Positions 1 through 13,250 are shown, counted from the stretch's first letter. The stretch is 64,000 nt of DNA from Octopus sinensis (GCF_006345805.1 NC_043008.1:75020001-75084000); one strand, 5' to 3'. The notes: generated by a model from the letters alone, not told the origin. A program made the numbers and translations.

Positions 1-1488
1 TTTCCCACAGTTTTTTTTTTGGGTGCATTCAACATATCTGACCATCAAACCTGCCGTAAACTACATTTTTCCAGGAAAGAATGATGGGATGGGTGGTGGG
101 GACCTCGAAGTTTCCCACCAAGTGAGTTTTGTTTCGTGGATCTTTTTTTCTTAGTTATTTTGCATGCTTTCAATGAATGTGACATTGAAATCATGTGTAA
201 AAGCCTCCTTTTTCCAGAAAAGGAAAGACTGGGCTGCTATTTCTAGCATGCCCTACTACCATGTAAGAGCTATATGCATTCACACTGAAATATTTACCAA
301 CTTTTTTCCTTCCATTTATTTTTTCCACCTTATGGAAATCAGTATTTTCTCTCTTGACATCCCCATCAGTTAATTTTGCTTTTCTCCCAGTTCTATGGTT
401 TCTGGAAGAAAAGCCCTCACATTATCTCAAAGCTATGTGAATTCACTAACGTGATTTGTTTATTTCCTTAAAAGATTTTGCAGAGGAATTAGAAACAACG
501 GGTTTTGGCTGGTGTAAACTCTAAAGGGTTAAAAGGTGCCAAAACTATAAAATCAGCTTTTTGGGGCTTTTTCAGGGCTTTAGAACTCTTTTTGCTTTAG
601 AGTTAAAAAATGCTACTTCATATGTTGCTGGCTACTATAGTTGTCTGCCTCATTACCGTTGTGAATAATTATTCACATTGTGGTGGTCAAGATTCTCTCT
701 GATTTCTCACTTACAGAGCATTTATGATAATTGCATTCTTGCTAGAATGATGGATATATCATTAAATGCATAGCTTATCCTAATGTGGTCATTTGCTGTC
801 CATTTGAATTCTCCGTGACACTGCGAGGTCATATATCAAGTGGAAACACATGAATCACTTTTCTCTTGACAGAACAAAGAAATTTCTCACTTTCTTTGCA
901 AGCAACAAGCAGAGGAATCTGGTTTCAAATCCAGGCAGGGCCAAACAAGGTTCTACAAATTATTTATAATAATAAATGGCATTTTATCAGAGTTGAAAGA
1001 ATGACGAATACAATATCAAATATGCTAAGACAATCTGAAAATAATAGAAACTTTTAAATGTTTACCAGTTTTCATGAAAATTTTGGGTTAATGGACTTGA
1101 GTTTATGGAAGTTAATTAGTCTGATAATGATTTTGAAAGTTTACTTAAAAGTTAAATCATTAACGAAAATGCTAACTTTGTTAACTAACGATTAACAGAT
1201 TAATGAACTTATGCCCAGCTCTGTATATATATGTATATACACACATATAATATACATGTGTGTATGTGTGTTTGCATCCCCATAATTTAGTGCTTTCATC
1301 AATAGAAACCAATAAAATAAGAACCTGACTTTCATAAATAAGTATTGCTGTCAATTTATTTGACTGAATCCTTAAAAGTTGTGCCCCAGGATGACCACAG
1401 TTCAATGTGTGAGAGGTAAAGGATAGAAAATTATTAATGACGTCAGCCTTATCTATAATTAGGCAAAGCATTCATTACTGAATATAAC

Positions 1489-1779
1489 AGTGGTTAGAGT
1501 GTTGGGCTCACAATCACGAAGTAGTGAGTTTGATTGCTGGACACTTTATTTCATGTTGCTCCAGTTCACCTGTAGAAATGAGTTGGGATGTCACCTGTGC
1601 CAAGCTGTATCAGCCTTTGCCTTTTCCTTGAACAACATTGGTGCCATAGAAAGGGGAGGCTGGTATGCATGGGTGACTGCTGGTCTTCCATAAACAACCT
1701 TACCCAGACTTGTGCCTCAGAGGAGAATTTTCTAAGTGCAATCGCATGGCCACTCATGACTGAAGGGGTCTTTACCCTT
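1489..1779 (+). mobile_element. tRNA-headed SINE, family C
   Basis: tRNA-like head (GTGGTTAGAGTG...GAGTTTGATTGCTGG). The body matches the reverse complement of 60695-61020. Confidence 0.7.
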
Positions 1780-2384
1780 ATCTCATGCCCCATATATAAT
1801 ATGGTGCTTGATAACCTCCGGTATTTTATAATGTGTGTCTGTATTTCTGTATTTCATTAAGGAGAGGCAGAATTCCTGACTGTTTGTATGTAGAGTCTCC
1901 GAGAGTTGTTGGATAAATATGTGAGCCATAGGTGGTGAAGACAGAGAGAGAGAGGGAGAGAAAGAATTCAAAAAAAGTTAGGGAGAGTTGACGATGTTTT
2001 ATCAAAAGTAGTAGTGATGATGGTGGCAGTGGGAGTAATAATAAAAGGGAGAGAAAGAGTGGGTATGTGAAAGAAACAGGGAGATGATGTACAACTTTAA
2101 ACAAAGTTGTACATCATCTTCTGTCAAAGAGCATTGATTAAACAATCAATGCTCTTTGACAGAAATTCCTGTTGCCACATACCAAACACTATCATTTTCG
2201 TTTTATTGTTTGATTTCTTTAACACACACATACACACACACGCACACATACACACACACACACATACACACACACACACATATGAAATACACTTTAATTG
2301 AAATTAAGTTTCCACAAAATTAAACATTTCTAATATAATAAATATGAATGTCAGTGTGTCACATATTTTCAACTTTAATAAATC

Positions 2385-2591
2385 CTTTCTTCTGGAAACA
2401 CAAGGCCTCAAATTTTAGGGGAAGGGATTAAGTTGATTACATCGACCTCAGTATGTAACAGGTACTAATTTTATTGACCCCAAAGGATGAAAGGCAAAGT
2501 CAACTTCAGCAGAATTCAAACTCAAAATAAGAAGAAATATCGCTAAGCATTTCACCCAGTATGCTAACAATTCTGCCAGCTCGCCGCCTTA
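2385..2591 (-). mobile_element. SINE, family B (AAGGCGGCGAGCTGGCAGAA head)
   Basis: Reverse complement of the unit stacked at 28768-29915; ends ...CTGCCAGCTCGCCGCCTT on +. Confidence 0.85.
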
Positions 2592-3109
2592 ATATGATAT
2601 AATTATAAAATATAATAAATATGAATGTCACTGTGTCAGTGTGTCACACTTTTTCAACTTTACTCCTAGAGGCTGTAGCCCAACATAGCATACCATTTTG
2701 GAATCAAGCCGAGTCCGTGAGTAAATTAGAAACATTCTGGGTTGAATCCAGACCCACAATCCTGAAATTTTCAATTCTCAAATTTTCATTACTGTGATTG
2801 TTTACAGTGAATTTTTTTACATGACATTTTGCAACAAATTTTTTTGTACGATATTTTTATAATCTAAAGGCTAATTCCATGAGTAAATTAAAAACATTCT
2901 GGGCTGAATTCGGACCTGCAATCCTGAAATTTTGGATTCCTATATTTTCATTACAGCAATTGTTTTTGGCAATTATTTTTACATGAATTTTATCGACGAA
3001 TATGATCATCATTGGGATAAGACTCCAGAGGAAGCAATTGCAACAAATTCTCCAAAACAAGTTAGACACCTGTTTGCAGATCCTCCCATTTGGGGTCAGT
3101 AGTTTAAAA

Positions 3110-3271
3110 GCTAGTGCATGTATATATTATCTCTAATGTATGTATAATATGTACATACATGTATGTACAGATAATGTATATATGTGCATACATATATACT
3201 CACATGTATATGTGTCTGTATAAAATGGACAAATACACATATATACACACATGTGCATTGTACACACACAC

Positions 3272-3331
<60 letters not shown>

Positions 3332-3620
3332 CATGCATGTGTATATACCCATGCATATATTTACAGTCATATGCATGGAGATACATACATACATATGAGT
3401 ATATGTGCTTACACATATATAAATACAAACTTATGAATATACACATGCATAAATACACACATGTATATACACACACACATAGACACACAGAATAACATAT
3501 ATACACCCATGCTGGCATCCACATATGCGTGCTAACACATATATACACACATGCCCACAAACACAGCTACATATAACTACATACATACTGATGCACATAT
3601 ACAAATACACATGTAGAAAT
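3110..3620. repeat. Compound (TA)n/(CA)n microsatellite
   Basis: Directly visible; it produces the spurious YI/HT ORFs in the track. Confidence 0.95.
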
Positions 3621-3644
3621 GAATATACACACAGCCTATGTTAT

Positions 3645-4600
3645 GTCTAAGATAGCTTTCATGTGCAGCAGATGTACAGGGGCAATAGACACCACAGATA
3701 CTCAGAAAACAGATTCTATCACACTCCAGGGGAAGAAACTAGAAGTAGTTGATAGTTTCCGCTACCTAGGTGACCAAGTTAGTAGTGGGGGTGGATGCTC
3801 AGAGAGTATTACCACTAGCATAAGAATAGCCTGGACAAAGTTTAGAAATTTTCTACCCCTACTGGCGACAAAGGGTCTCTTGCTCAGAGTGAAAGGTAGA
3901 TTGTACAATGCATGTGTGCGAACTCTCATGCATCACGGCGTGAAATATGAGCTGTGACTGTGGAGGACATGCGTAGGCTCGAAAGAAATGAAGCTAACAT
4001 GATCCGCTGGATGTGTAATGTCAGTGTCCATGCACAACAGAGTGTAAGCACCCTGAGAGAAATGCTGGACATAAGAAGCATCGGATGTGGCATGCAGGAG
4101 AGACGTTTGTGTTGGTATGGTCATGTACTATGGATGGATGAAGAGAGATGTGTGAAGACGTGCCACTCCCAAACTGTTGAAGGAATCTGGGGTAGAGGTA
4201 GACCCAGGAAGACATGGGATGAGGTAGTCAAGCATGACCTTCGAACGTTGGGCCTCACAGAGGCTATGACGAAAGACCGAGAACTCTGGAGATATACTGT
4301 AACTGCGAAGACCCGACAAATAAAGTGAGTTCATGGCTCACAGGACGGCCTGCTGTGCTAACCTTGGATCATAGGGCGGCCTGCAGAGACCTACTAAGTC
4401 AAGTACATCAAAATAAAAATCAAATGGATATTGTAGTTGTGATACCCGTGCCGATGGCACATTGGGCCTCACAGAGGCAATGACAAAAGACCGAGACTTC
4501 TGAGATATGCTGTGACTGCAAAGACCTGACAAATGAAGTGAGTTCATGGCTCGCAGGACGGCCTGATGTGCTAACCTTGGCTCATAGAGTGACCTGCACA
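3645..4600 (+). mobile_element. 5'-truncated RTE-clade LINE: ORF C-terminus plus partial 3' UTR
   Basis: KKLEVVDSFRYLGDQVSSGGGC...RGRPRKTWDEVVKHDLRTLGL is nearly identical to the ORF end of the 16823-19303 element. Frameshift near 3930. Confidence 0.92.
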
Positions 4601-4730
4601 CACACATATATAAATCTATCTATCTGTATATATACACATATATACATATATATATTTATGTATGTACACACACACATACATACATATCTATACATATATA
4701 CATAAATGAAGTAAAAAAGAAAGGAAATAT

Positions 4731-5141
4731 TGCAGGTTAGATGAACTTTAATTCATAATCCAGGTTGGTACAGAACCAATATCCATTCTAAATATTGTTT
4801 CGGAGTCTAATTAATTCTGATGACAAAACAAAAAAGTGTTCATGAAATAGATATTGGATTCTTCATCATGAATTACATACTGGTATGAATAATTACGACC
4901 AAAAAAAAATATACAAAGATCTTTCATAGCCTGTCTGGGCTATTGAAGGTCTTTGTATATTTTTTTGTCGTAATTATTCATATCAGTATGTAATTCTTGA
5001 CGAAGAATCCATTTTCTTTTTATTTTATGAAGAGTTTTTCGTTTTTGTCATTGGAATTAATTAGACTCCAAAACAATATTTAGAATGAATATTGGCTCTG
5101 TACCAACTTGGATTATGAATCAAAGTTCGTCTACACCTACA
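4731..5141. mobile_element. Palindromic (fold-back) MITE-like element
   Basis: About 190-bp imperfect inverted arms (GAACTTTAATTCATAATCCAGGTTGGTACAG... / ...CTGTACCAACTTGGATTATGAATCAAAGTTC) centred near 4935. Confidence 0.75.
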
Positions 5142-5160
5142 ATTTTTCCTACTTTCATAC

Positions 5161-5589
5161 TTCTCTTTTACTCTCTTTTATTCTTTTACTTGTTTCAGTC
5201 ATTTGACTGTGGCCATGCTGGAGTACCACCTTTAGTCGAGCAAATCGACCCCTGGACTTATTCTTTTTAAGCCTAGTACTTATTCTATCGGTCTCTTTTT
5301 GCCGAACCGACAAGTTATGAGGACGTAAACACACCAGTGATGTTGGGGGGACAAACTCAGACATACAAGCACATACACACAATCACATGCACACACACAC
5401 ACACACAAACCCATATATATATATATGACAAGCTTCTTTCAGTTTCCGTCTACCAAATCCATTCACAAGGCTTTGGTCAACCCAAGGCTATAGTAGAAGA
5501 CACTTGCCCAAGGTGCCACGCAGTGAGACTGAACTCGGACCCATGTGGTTGGTAAGCAAGCTACTTACCACACAGCCACTCCTACGCCT
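5161..5589 (-). mobile_element. SINE, family A (tRNA head, internal microsatellite)
   Basis: Head AGGAGTGGCTGTGTGGTAAGTAGCTTG...GGGTCCGAGTTCAGTC on -, internal (TG)/(TA) tract, tail GAAACAAGTAAAAGA. Many copies in the window. Confidence 0.9.
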
Positions 5590-5775
5590 TTGCAAATACT
5601 GAATATATAATTTTTATATATATTCTTTACTTGGACTGTACTGGCAGACTTTCATTTTTGACATCCCCTTGAAGTATTTCAGTCGTCCCCTCTTTTACAT
5701 ATATAGATATATACGTATAGTAACACACACACACACACACACACACATAAATACATACATACAAATATATATATA

Positions 5776-6140
5776 CTAGCAGAATTGCCCGGCGATGCTT
5801 GGGGCTGAATTGCTTGAAAGTACTGTTAATGATTGCACTGAATTATGATGATTATTCAGGCAAATATTGATATAAGTTTACGGCGAATGAATGTATTTGT
5901 ATGTGTATAGAAAGCCGTGTAAAGGGGTTCCTACCCCCTTGTAGAATGGTGTAAGAATTGAATGCGAGGTTGCCTTGAAAAGAGCCATGTTATTGTTCTC
6001 ATAATTGTAAGAATTTGATAGTCGTGGAAGGTGGTGTAAAACGTTCGTAGGTGAATAGGGTCTCTTCGTTTTCCACGAATGGCAGCGGATGTGCTGTTAC
6101 AAAACTTCATGCTGTGTTAAAAGAGAATTGATGCCCTATG
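5776..6140 (-). mobile_element. Helitron-like 3' terminal fragment
   Basis: Minus strand ends with a GC hairpin (GCCCCAAGCATCGCCGGGC) about 8 nt before CTAG. Upstream degenerate peptide MKFCNSTSAAIRG resembles the LCNGT motif of Helitron helicases. Confidence 0.5.
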
Positions 6141-6238
6141 TAGGCAAGAGGGGAATGAAGCATGGGTAAGTAAATATGGGTAATTTATAAAATATAGAAC
6201 ATGCATGTATATATATGTATGTATGCCTGTGTATATGT

Positions 6239-6372
6239 ACAAAATCCACTGAGAAGGCTTTTGTTGGTCTGAAGCTACAGCAGAAGACACATGCCAAGTC
6301 ACCACACAGTGGGACTGAACCCAGGACCATGTGTTTGGAACGTAGTTTATTACCACACAGCCACACCTGCCC
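6239..6372 (-). mobile_element. SINE family A, 5' fragment
   Basis: Matches the head of the 5161-5589 copy. Confidence 0.75.
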
Positions 6373-7187
6373 TTATGTATGTGTGTGTGTGTGTGTGTGC
6401 GTATGTGTGTATGGGTAAATATATTATGCATGTATATATGTGTATATATATATATATGTGTACATATTACATGTACATCTATATATATACATCTACACAT
6501 AAAATATAAAATACAAAATACAAAGTTATATCTTGATATTGCTAGTGATAACAATACTCAAAATATATAACAGACTGGAATTATAGGCCCATCTCTTGCA
6601 ATTTCGATCAATTGGATCTTGTCCTCCCTCTTGTATAGAAGTGTACGGCTGCAGCAAAATTCATTTTTGGACTTTCTTCTATGGAAGGCATTTTAAGAAA
6701 AATGCTTCTGTAAAGACGGTGAAAATATTGTCAATTTCCCCAAACAGGGACACAATTCAATTTTTAAACAATAACCAAAGCCCCTTCTCCGAAAGGGGGA
6801 GGGTTACGGTTTACAATTATTTAACAAATGCAACACAACAACGTTTCCCTGATGAGGAACCAACAAACGTGATTACAATAGTCAAACAGTAATAATAATA
6901 ACAACAAACCTTTTTAATTTATCCCCATTTATGTGAAACCACTTATTCAAGTTCAAGTCATTGATGCAATTTTATACGAATTGCTAATACACACATACAC
7001 ATAATAAGTTTTCTCGAATTTTTGCTTAATTGGGGGTAAAATTGAAAAAACTTTACATGCCATGACCCAATGGAATCTACTTCGAAAAATCATAGGTAAA
7101 TTCCTATTGAAGAAATTCTGTATTGTACAATTGTATAAAAAACGAACGATTTGGGAGACAGAGAAAATCTGCCTTTTATCATAAGAG

Positions 7188-7230
<43 letters not shown>

Positions 7231-7295
7231 TATATACATATATGAATACATAAAATGAATATATACATATAAAATATGCATATCTATATATATAC

Positions 7296-7660
7296 ATATG
7301 AGATGGATGACCACTATGTGGACAACCCTTATGCTAGAAGTAGATCCTCTATGGTTTTACCACAAAGAAATGTTCTCATGAAAATTTAGCAAACACCAGA
7401 ACGTAAGCGAGCAAGACAAAGGAAAAGTAACAAAGATATAGATTAATCATATGGACAAATTGTGTTAGTAAAATTACGTAATCTGTTGATAGTGAAACAT
7501 TGTTTATGATTAATCTATATCTTTGTTATTTTTCATTTGTCTTGCTCGATTACGTTCTGGTGTTTACTAAATTTTCTTGAGAACATTTCTTAGTGGTAAG
7601 ACCATAGAAGATCTACTTCTAGCATAAGAGTTGTCCACATAGTGGTCATCCCTCTCATAT
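7296..7660. mobile_element. MITE with ~155-bp terminal inverted repeats
   Basis: ATATGAGATGGATGACCACTATGTGGACAAC... / ...GTTGTCCACATAGTGGTCATCCCTCTCATAT; flanked by TA-rich sequence. Confidence 0.8.
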
Positions 7661-7818
7661 GTATGTAATACAATTTACTGAACCTTCAGTTTTTTTATAT
7701 GCTAGACCACTGGTTTTAAATTGATGTTAATCAAATTAATATCCAATTTTTCACCCTCATTTTAATTTTAATTTTATATATATATATACCCCCCATATAT
7801 ATATATGTATACCCACAT

Positions 7819-7850
<32 letters not shown>

Positions 7851-8980
7851 TCCACTAGAAAAGAGATGTCATACTGTAAAAGATTATTTGTTTCACACAC
7901 GATATGAAAATTATATGGATTTTATCACATTTATAGGTTATTTTACATCAAGAAGATGTCACTGACCCACAACACCACTCTCCTTTGAAAGCAAAAGGAT
8001 TGTATGTAGGGTTTGAACTCTCTCACTTTTCATGATCATTGTAATGCTCAAGAATGCCTCTTTAAAAAAAGCATGATGCCTGTGCAAAACGTTGAACTCA
8101 TTGGGTATAAAAGGCACCCAAATTTACCAGCCTATCATTCATTTCCCAAACACAGCAAGCATGCCTTAACTTACATGAAATCAGAGGAAGCAAGCCATCA
8201 GACATCTCTATGCTGGTCAACATCCATGGGCCATTGCTAATGACTTGAACTGCAGCAGTTGAGTGGCTGAAGGCATGATACAATGCCATAAACAGTATGA
8301 ATGATTGTCCATGTAGTGGCTGACTGAAGGTTACAATGGTACATCAAGATCATCACCTGCATTGCACTTGCCTGACTGATTCTGAAGGGCAAAGGAATCA
8401 GCTAGGCAGACCATAGGGACTCACCACAGACCCATTTGTGCAGAGACAGTTTGCTGCCAGCTGAGATCTTTCAATCTGTCATTCTGATGTCTGGCTATTG
8501 GTCCCATTCTCACAGATCACCATCAATGGGCATATCTGCAGTGGGCTTAAAAATGAGAGAATTGGTGACATCAGCAGTGGAGGACTGTAGTCTTTTCTGA
8601 CAAAAGTCAATATTGCATTTCTGTGGCAGATAACAGAGCTAGGGTCTCTGTCTATCTGTCTGTCTGTCTCTTTCTCTCTTACACACACATAACTGGTTTT
8701 TCATTGTTTTTCATATATATTTTGTTTAGAATTTCTTTCCCACCAAATATGTCTAACAAGCATTTGTTGCCTGAGTTCCATCCAGTTTGTTTGTTTCATT
8801 ATTTTCTCTCATATCTTTGGAATTACCAAAACCAAAATTAATGTTTTTGTTTGTTTTATCAAAAGAGTTTGATTTAATCTTTTTGATGTATATATGCTGC
8901 ATGCAATCCAGTTTGTGATTTTATATTATAATCCAGTATTTTAAGGTGATTTACTGAAACTTATTGCAATTTTTTTCCAG

Positions 8981-9099
8981 CTCTTCGCCAAGAGAATGCT
9001 GACATGAAGGCCTACATTGAGAAACTGCTTGCCAAAGTTCTCCACCATTGCCCCGAAGCTTTAGCAGCTGATAATGAATTAACTCTGTCACAGTGTTAG
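8981..9099 (+). CDS. Terminal coding exon of a host gene with a FIP-RBD-like (Rab11-binding-domain-type) C-terminus: (x)LRQENADMKAYIEKLLAKVLHHCPEALAADNELTLSQC*
   Basis: Polypyrimidine acceptor TTTTTTCCAG at 8971-8980, phase-1 open frame to TAG at 9097-9099, higher GC than the flanks, AT-rich UTR-like sequence downstream. The pattern EN..M..YIEKLL.KV....PE.L resembles the RBD-FIP consensus (recalled, not searched). Confidence 0.7.
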
Positions 9100-9881
9100 T
9101 TGGCCTTTATAAGGACCACCTGCATAATATTAAGACGTGTCTTCACTGACAGCTCTTAGAGACTTCATCTATTCCCTGAGTTGACCACCAAGGATAATCA
9201 GATCTCCTTCCACTACACAAAGGACTGCATTATATGACTTTGGAAACCTCCCCCTCCTACTGAGTTCATTAGTTGATGATAATGGAATCTCTCTGTTGGT
9301 TTTTATTCTTCTATTTTTAACTTAAACTGAAAAAATAGAATCTCCAATGTATTAAACTCAAAAGTCAGAATTGTCAATTTGATAAAATATTTTTACATTC
9401 TTTATTAAAAAACAATTTTATAAAATCTCTATTTTTAATTAATTGTAAATTTTTAATTAATCATAAGTTTTTAACTAATTCCAATTATTCTAACTATTTT
9501 TATTTAGATATTACTGTTTTCTGTTGAAGTATCTCTACATTTTTAGCACAAACATTTTTACTAATGCTTAAAACAAATACACAATGAGGTAATGAGAAAA
9601 AATATTGTCCATTTATTTTATTTTTATCACACACACATGCACTAATATTGATGTCATTATTTAGTTTAATATTTTAAATATCCATTCTAATTGTCATAAT
9701 TTAATTTTATTGTCATTTATTTTTGTAAATTTTGAAACTAATTTCAATGAATTTAATTACCTTTTTTGTTATCAAATTCATCCCAACATGTTTAGAATAA
9801 TCAAAATTAACCGAATAGTTAAGAATAATCTTCACTGATCTCTGTAATTAACTAAACTCCACACATCTCCACACTCCTTAA

Positions 9882-10100
9882 CCCTTTAGTGTTCGCATTA
9901 TTCTGCCAAAATTAATGCTTCTTTATCCACATTGTTTTGAACTAATCATGCATTATCTTGTAGCTATGAGATTTTGATGAGGTAGCTGTTAATTTTTCAA
10001 ACGATATTGTGGGGTTGGTGTGAGACCAGATCTGGCCAGTTTAAACATAAAACTGGCAGAATACTTTTGGCCGGATATGGCCGGTTTAAATGCTAAAGGG
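9882..10100. mobile_element. piggyBac-type MITE
   Basis: TTAA|CCCTTTAG ... CTAAAGGG|TTAA (TTAA at 9878-9881 and 10101-10104). A similar right end occurs at 521-532. Confidence 0.85.
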
Positions 10101-10425
10101 TTAATGGTCACTACTCTGTAACTGCTCTCCAGAAGAGTGAATCATCAAGCACTATGGAATATTTCTGATGGATATGTCTATAAAACTATTGATTTTGTAG
10201 GAAACCTCAACTCACAATTCCCTACTTCAAGTCATTCTAAAATATTTTAGTTAAAGGCCATAAGATCTCATGTGTTGGGCCACTGTTATAAGGTGTGGTT
10301 TCAAATGTTTCCATGTGTTGCGTTGCCAGTCTTTTCTGTAATTTAACAACTTAGAATATATTTGGTGTTCCTATATGAATTGTCAACACGTGGAAGCCAT
10401 CTCTGTGTAAAATATTACATATTAC

Positions 10426-10466
<41 letters not shown>

Positions 10467-10634
10467 CAGTGTTTGGGCTGTGAATGACTAACATACAAAC
10501 ATCCATTCTTATGGATTAACTTCTGTAAAATCTATTATATTAAAAATTCAAGTTACATACTATCATTGGTAATAATGAACTAGGCACATTAAAACTACTT
10601 TGAGTGGTTTCATTGTCTCCCCCATCACTCTCAA

Positions 10635-10990
10635 TCATAAATAGTTTTATTGTTAATTTGTGCTTTCATTGCACTACTGAGTGCAGTTTCATGCACCTAA
10701 GATGCCTGCAACAATATCTGGTCCATTATCCTTGATCTCTCTGTCCATGTATATTGGCATATCTCAGCATATGGTTGCTTTGCTATTCTTGGGTATCATA
10801 GGTATATATCTATATCTCTTCTGTTAGCATTTCATAGTACTGACATAACGTCCAGTGTATGTAAGGCCCAACTCTCATGTCTATGGACAAGTCTTTCTTG
10901 GTTTAGACAGAATGACCAGGAATGTGTTAATCAATTTTTCTCCATCTCCTACTACCTGGCATTTACTGTATTCTGCTTCTGTTTGGAGCT
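10635..10990 (-). mobile_element. Degenerate 3' fragment of an RLE-endonuclease non-LTR retrotransposon (R4/Dong-like)
   Basis: Minus-strand peptide KATIC*DMPIYMDREIKDNGPDIV...GILGA resembles the restriction-like endonuclease motif WD.PI.TDREI.ANRPDIV...VGALG. Confidence 0.6.
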
Positions 10991-11399
10991 CTTTATATTA
11001 ACATAAAATATAAGCTGAACTGGGTCAGTGACAGTAGAGTGATTTTCACTAGAACACTATTACTGCAGGTGTTGGCAGCTGAACAGACAATCATTGAGTT
11101 GTTGATTCAAATTTATAGTTATTATTGATGATAATGATGATGATGATGGTATCAGTTGGTGATGATGTTGATGTCAGCTGATGTTAGAGAAATGTATAAA
11201 ACAAAAAGACAAAGTGATGAAAGTTGAATTAAGAAACTGATTGACCATTTATTTATTGCTGTTTGATAATCTACTTCTGAGACGTTTATATCTTAGAAAT
11301 TGACTTGTCAGAGCACCATGCTACATCATACACTCCTAAATCCATTGCTTACAGCATCACTACTGAGTTTCTCACTGAACGAAGTGACTCTCTCCCTCT

Positions 11400-11414
11400 G
11401 TGTGTGTGTGTGTG

Positions 11415-11451
<37 letters not shown>

Positions 11452-12296
11452 ATGTGAGTGTGCAAGTATGCATGATGTTTTCTACATTACTTTTCTAATA
11501 GCTTATGGTTTATCTGTTGAGCTAATGTTATAATGTGAGCTGGTTATGTTATGATAGAAAGACAAAATGGGACACATAAGGGTATTGCTCCAGTATGGTT
11601 GTAGCTGTAATGACTAAAACCCCACAAAACTAGTATAAAACTGTATTTCCGTGAATGCAAACTTGAAAATCTGATAATCTCTGTACTGTTTCTCTTGATA
11701 TTTTGAACTTTGTCTTATCTTTTCAATCTTAAAGCTACACTGGACAGTCTTCTACCACTCTTCACCATCAAACTAAAAAGCAAGCATCTGTTTTGTAATT
11801 TTATGAATTGTCTGTGTAAAATACACACATTGTACAGAGGAAAGGTGCCATGTACAAACACATTATTTAATGTCATGTCACTGATATACACGATTGTGGT
11901 GTGAAATGTGTAGCTCCTCTCTGCATAGTCAATGGGTAGTTAAGAACATCAAATATTCTTGTCTTGGCACAAAAACAATTCTTCAGATAACAAGAGAACC
12001 ATTAAATGACTTTATTCCTCCTTTTATGAGTGTTTTCGATGTCAAAGAAAGAAAGAGAAAAAGAGAAAAATAAAAAAATAAAAGAACACTGAATTTCTGG
12101 CAGTGGTTAAGAACTAAAGTTTGGTACACCCACATCTTGGAAATGGTTTTGGTTTGAAATTTTATTTCGTTTTTCATAGTAAAATACTAAAAGCCCCTGT
12201 AAAATAATAAAACAACCTGCAATATATTTAACAACTCTGTTCACTTCTGCTAATACTCAACCAAACATTATATGAAAGAAAATAAATCATTGTAAG

Positions 12297-12336
<40 letters not shown>

Positions 12337-13197
12337 TGTGTGTGTGTGTGCATGTGAGTGTGCAAGTATGCATGATGTTTTCTACATTACTTTTCTAATA
12401 GCTTATGGTTTATCTGTTGAGCTAATGTTATAATGTGAGCTGGTTATGTTATGATAGAAAGACAAAATGGGACACATAAGGGTATTGCTCCAGTATGGTT
12501 GTAGCTGTAATGACTAAAACCCCACAAAACTAGTATAAAACTGTATTTCCGTGAATGCAAACTTGAAAATCTGATAATCTCTGTACTGTTTCTCTTGATA
12601 TTTTGAACTTTGTCTTATCTTTTCAATCTTAAAGCTACACTGGACAGTCTTCTACCACTCTTCACCATCAAACTAAAAAGCAAGCATCTGTTTTGTAATT
12701 TTATGAATTGTCTGTGTAAAATACACACATTTGTACAGAGGAAAGGTGCCATGTACAAACACATTATTTAATGTCATGTCACTGATATACACGATTGTGG
12801 TGTGAAATGTGTAGCTCCTCTCTGCATAGTCAATGGGTAGTTAAGAACATCAAATATTCTTGTCTTGGCACAAAAACAATTCTTCAGATAACAAGAGAAC
12901 CATTAAATGACTTTATTCCTCCTTTTATGAGTGTTTTCGATGTCAAAGAAAGAAAGAGAAAAAGAGAAAAATAAAAAAATAAAAGAACACTGAATTTCTG
13001 GCAGTGGTTAAGAACTAAAGTTTGGTACACCCACATCTTGGAAATGGTTTTGGTTTGAAATTTTATTTCGTTTTTCATAGTAAAATACTAAAAGCCCCTG
13101 TAAAATAATAAAACAACCTGCAATATATTTAACAACTCTGTTCACTTCTGCTAATACTCAACCAAACATTATATGAAAGAAAATAAATCATTGTAAG

Positions 13198-13250
<53 letters not shown>
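11400..13250. repeat. ~900-bp direct tandem duplication bounded by (TG)n tracts
   Basis: 11451-12299 matches 12351-13200; the only difference noticed is one T indel (CACATTGT vs CACATTTGT). Identical ORFs at 11983 and 12884. Confidence 0.95.

Noticed and set aside
866-1057. 63-aa ORF or possible upstream exon of the FIP-RBD-like gene
   Set aside because: No convincing donor site or coiled-coil-like peptide in any frame.
1489-1560. tRNA genes at SINE heads (also 5500-5589, 36686-36740, 51644-51710, 56600-56670)
   Set aside because: Only A/B-box-like remnants without a full cloverleaf; most continue directly into SINE bodies.
6840-6890. CTGATGA motif near GTTTC, possible hammerhead
   Set aside because: The elements are in an incompatible order and orientation; no GAAA, stem II or stem I could be built.
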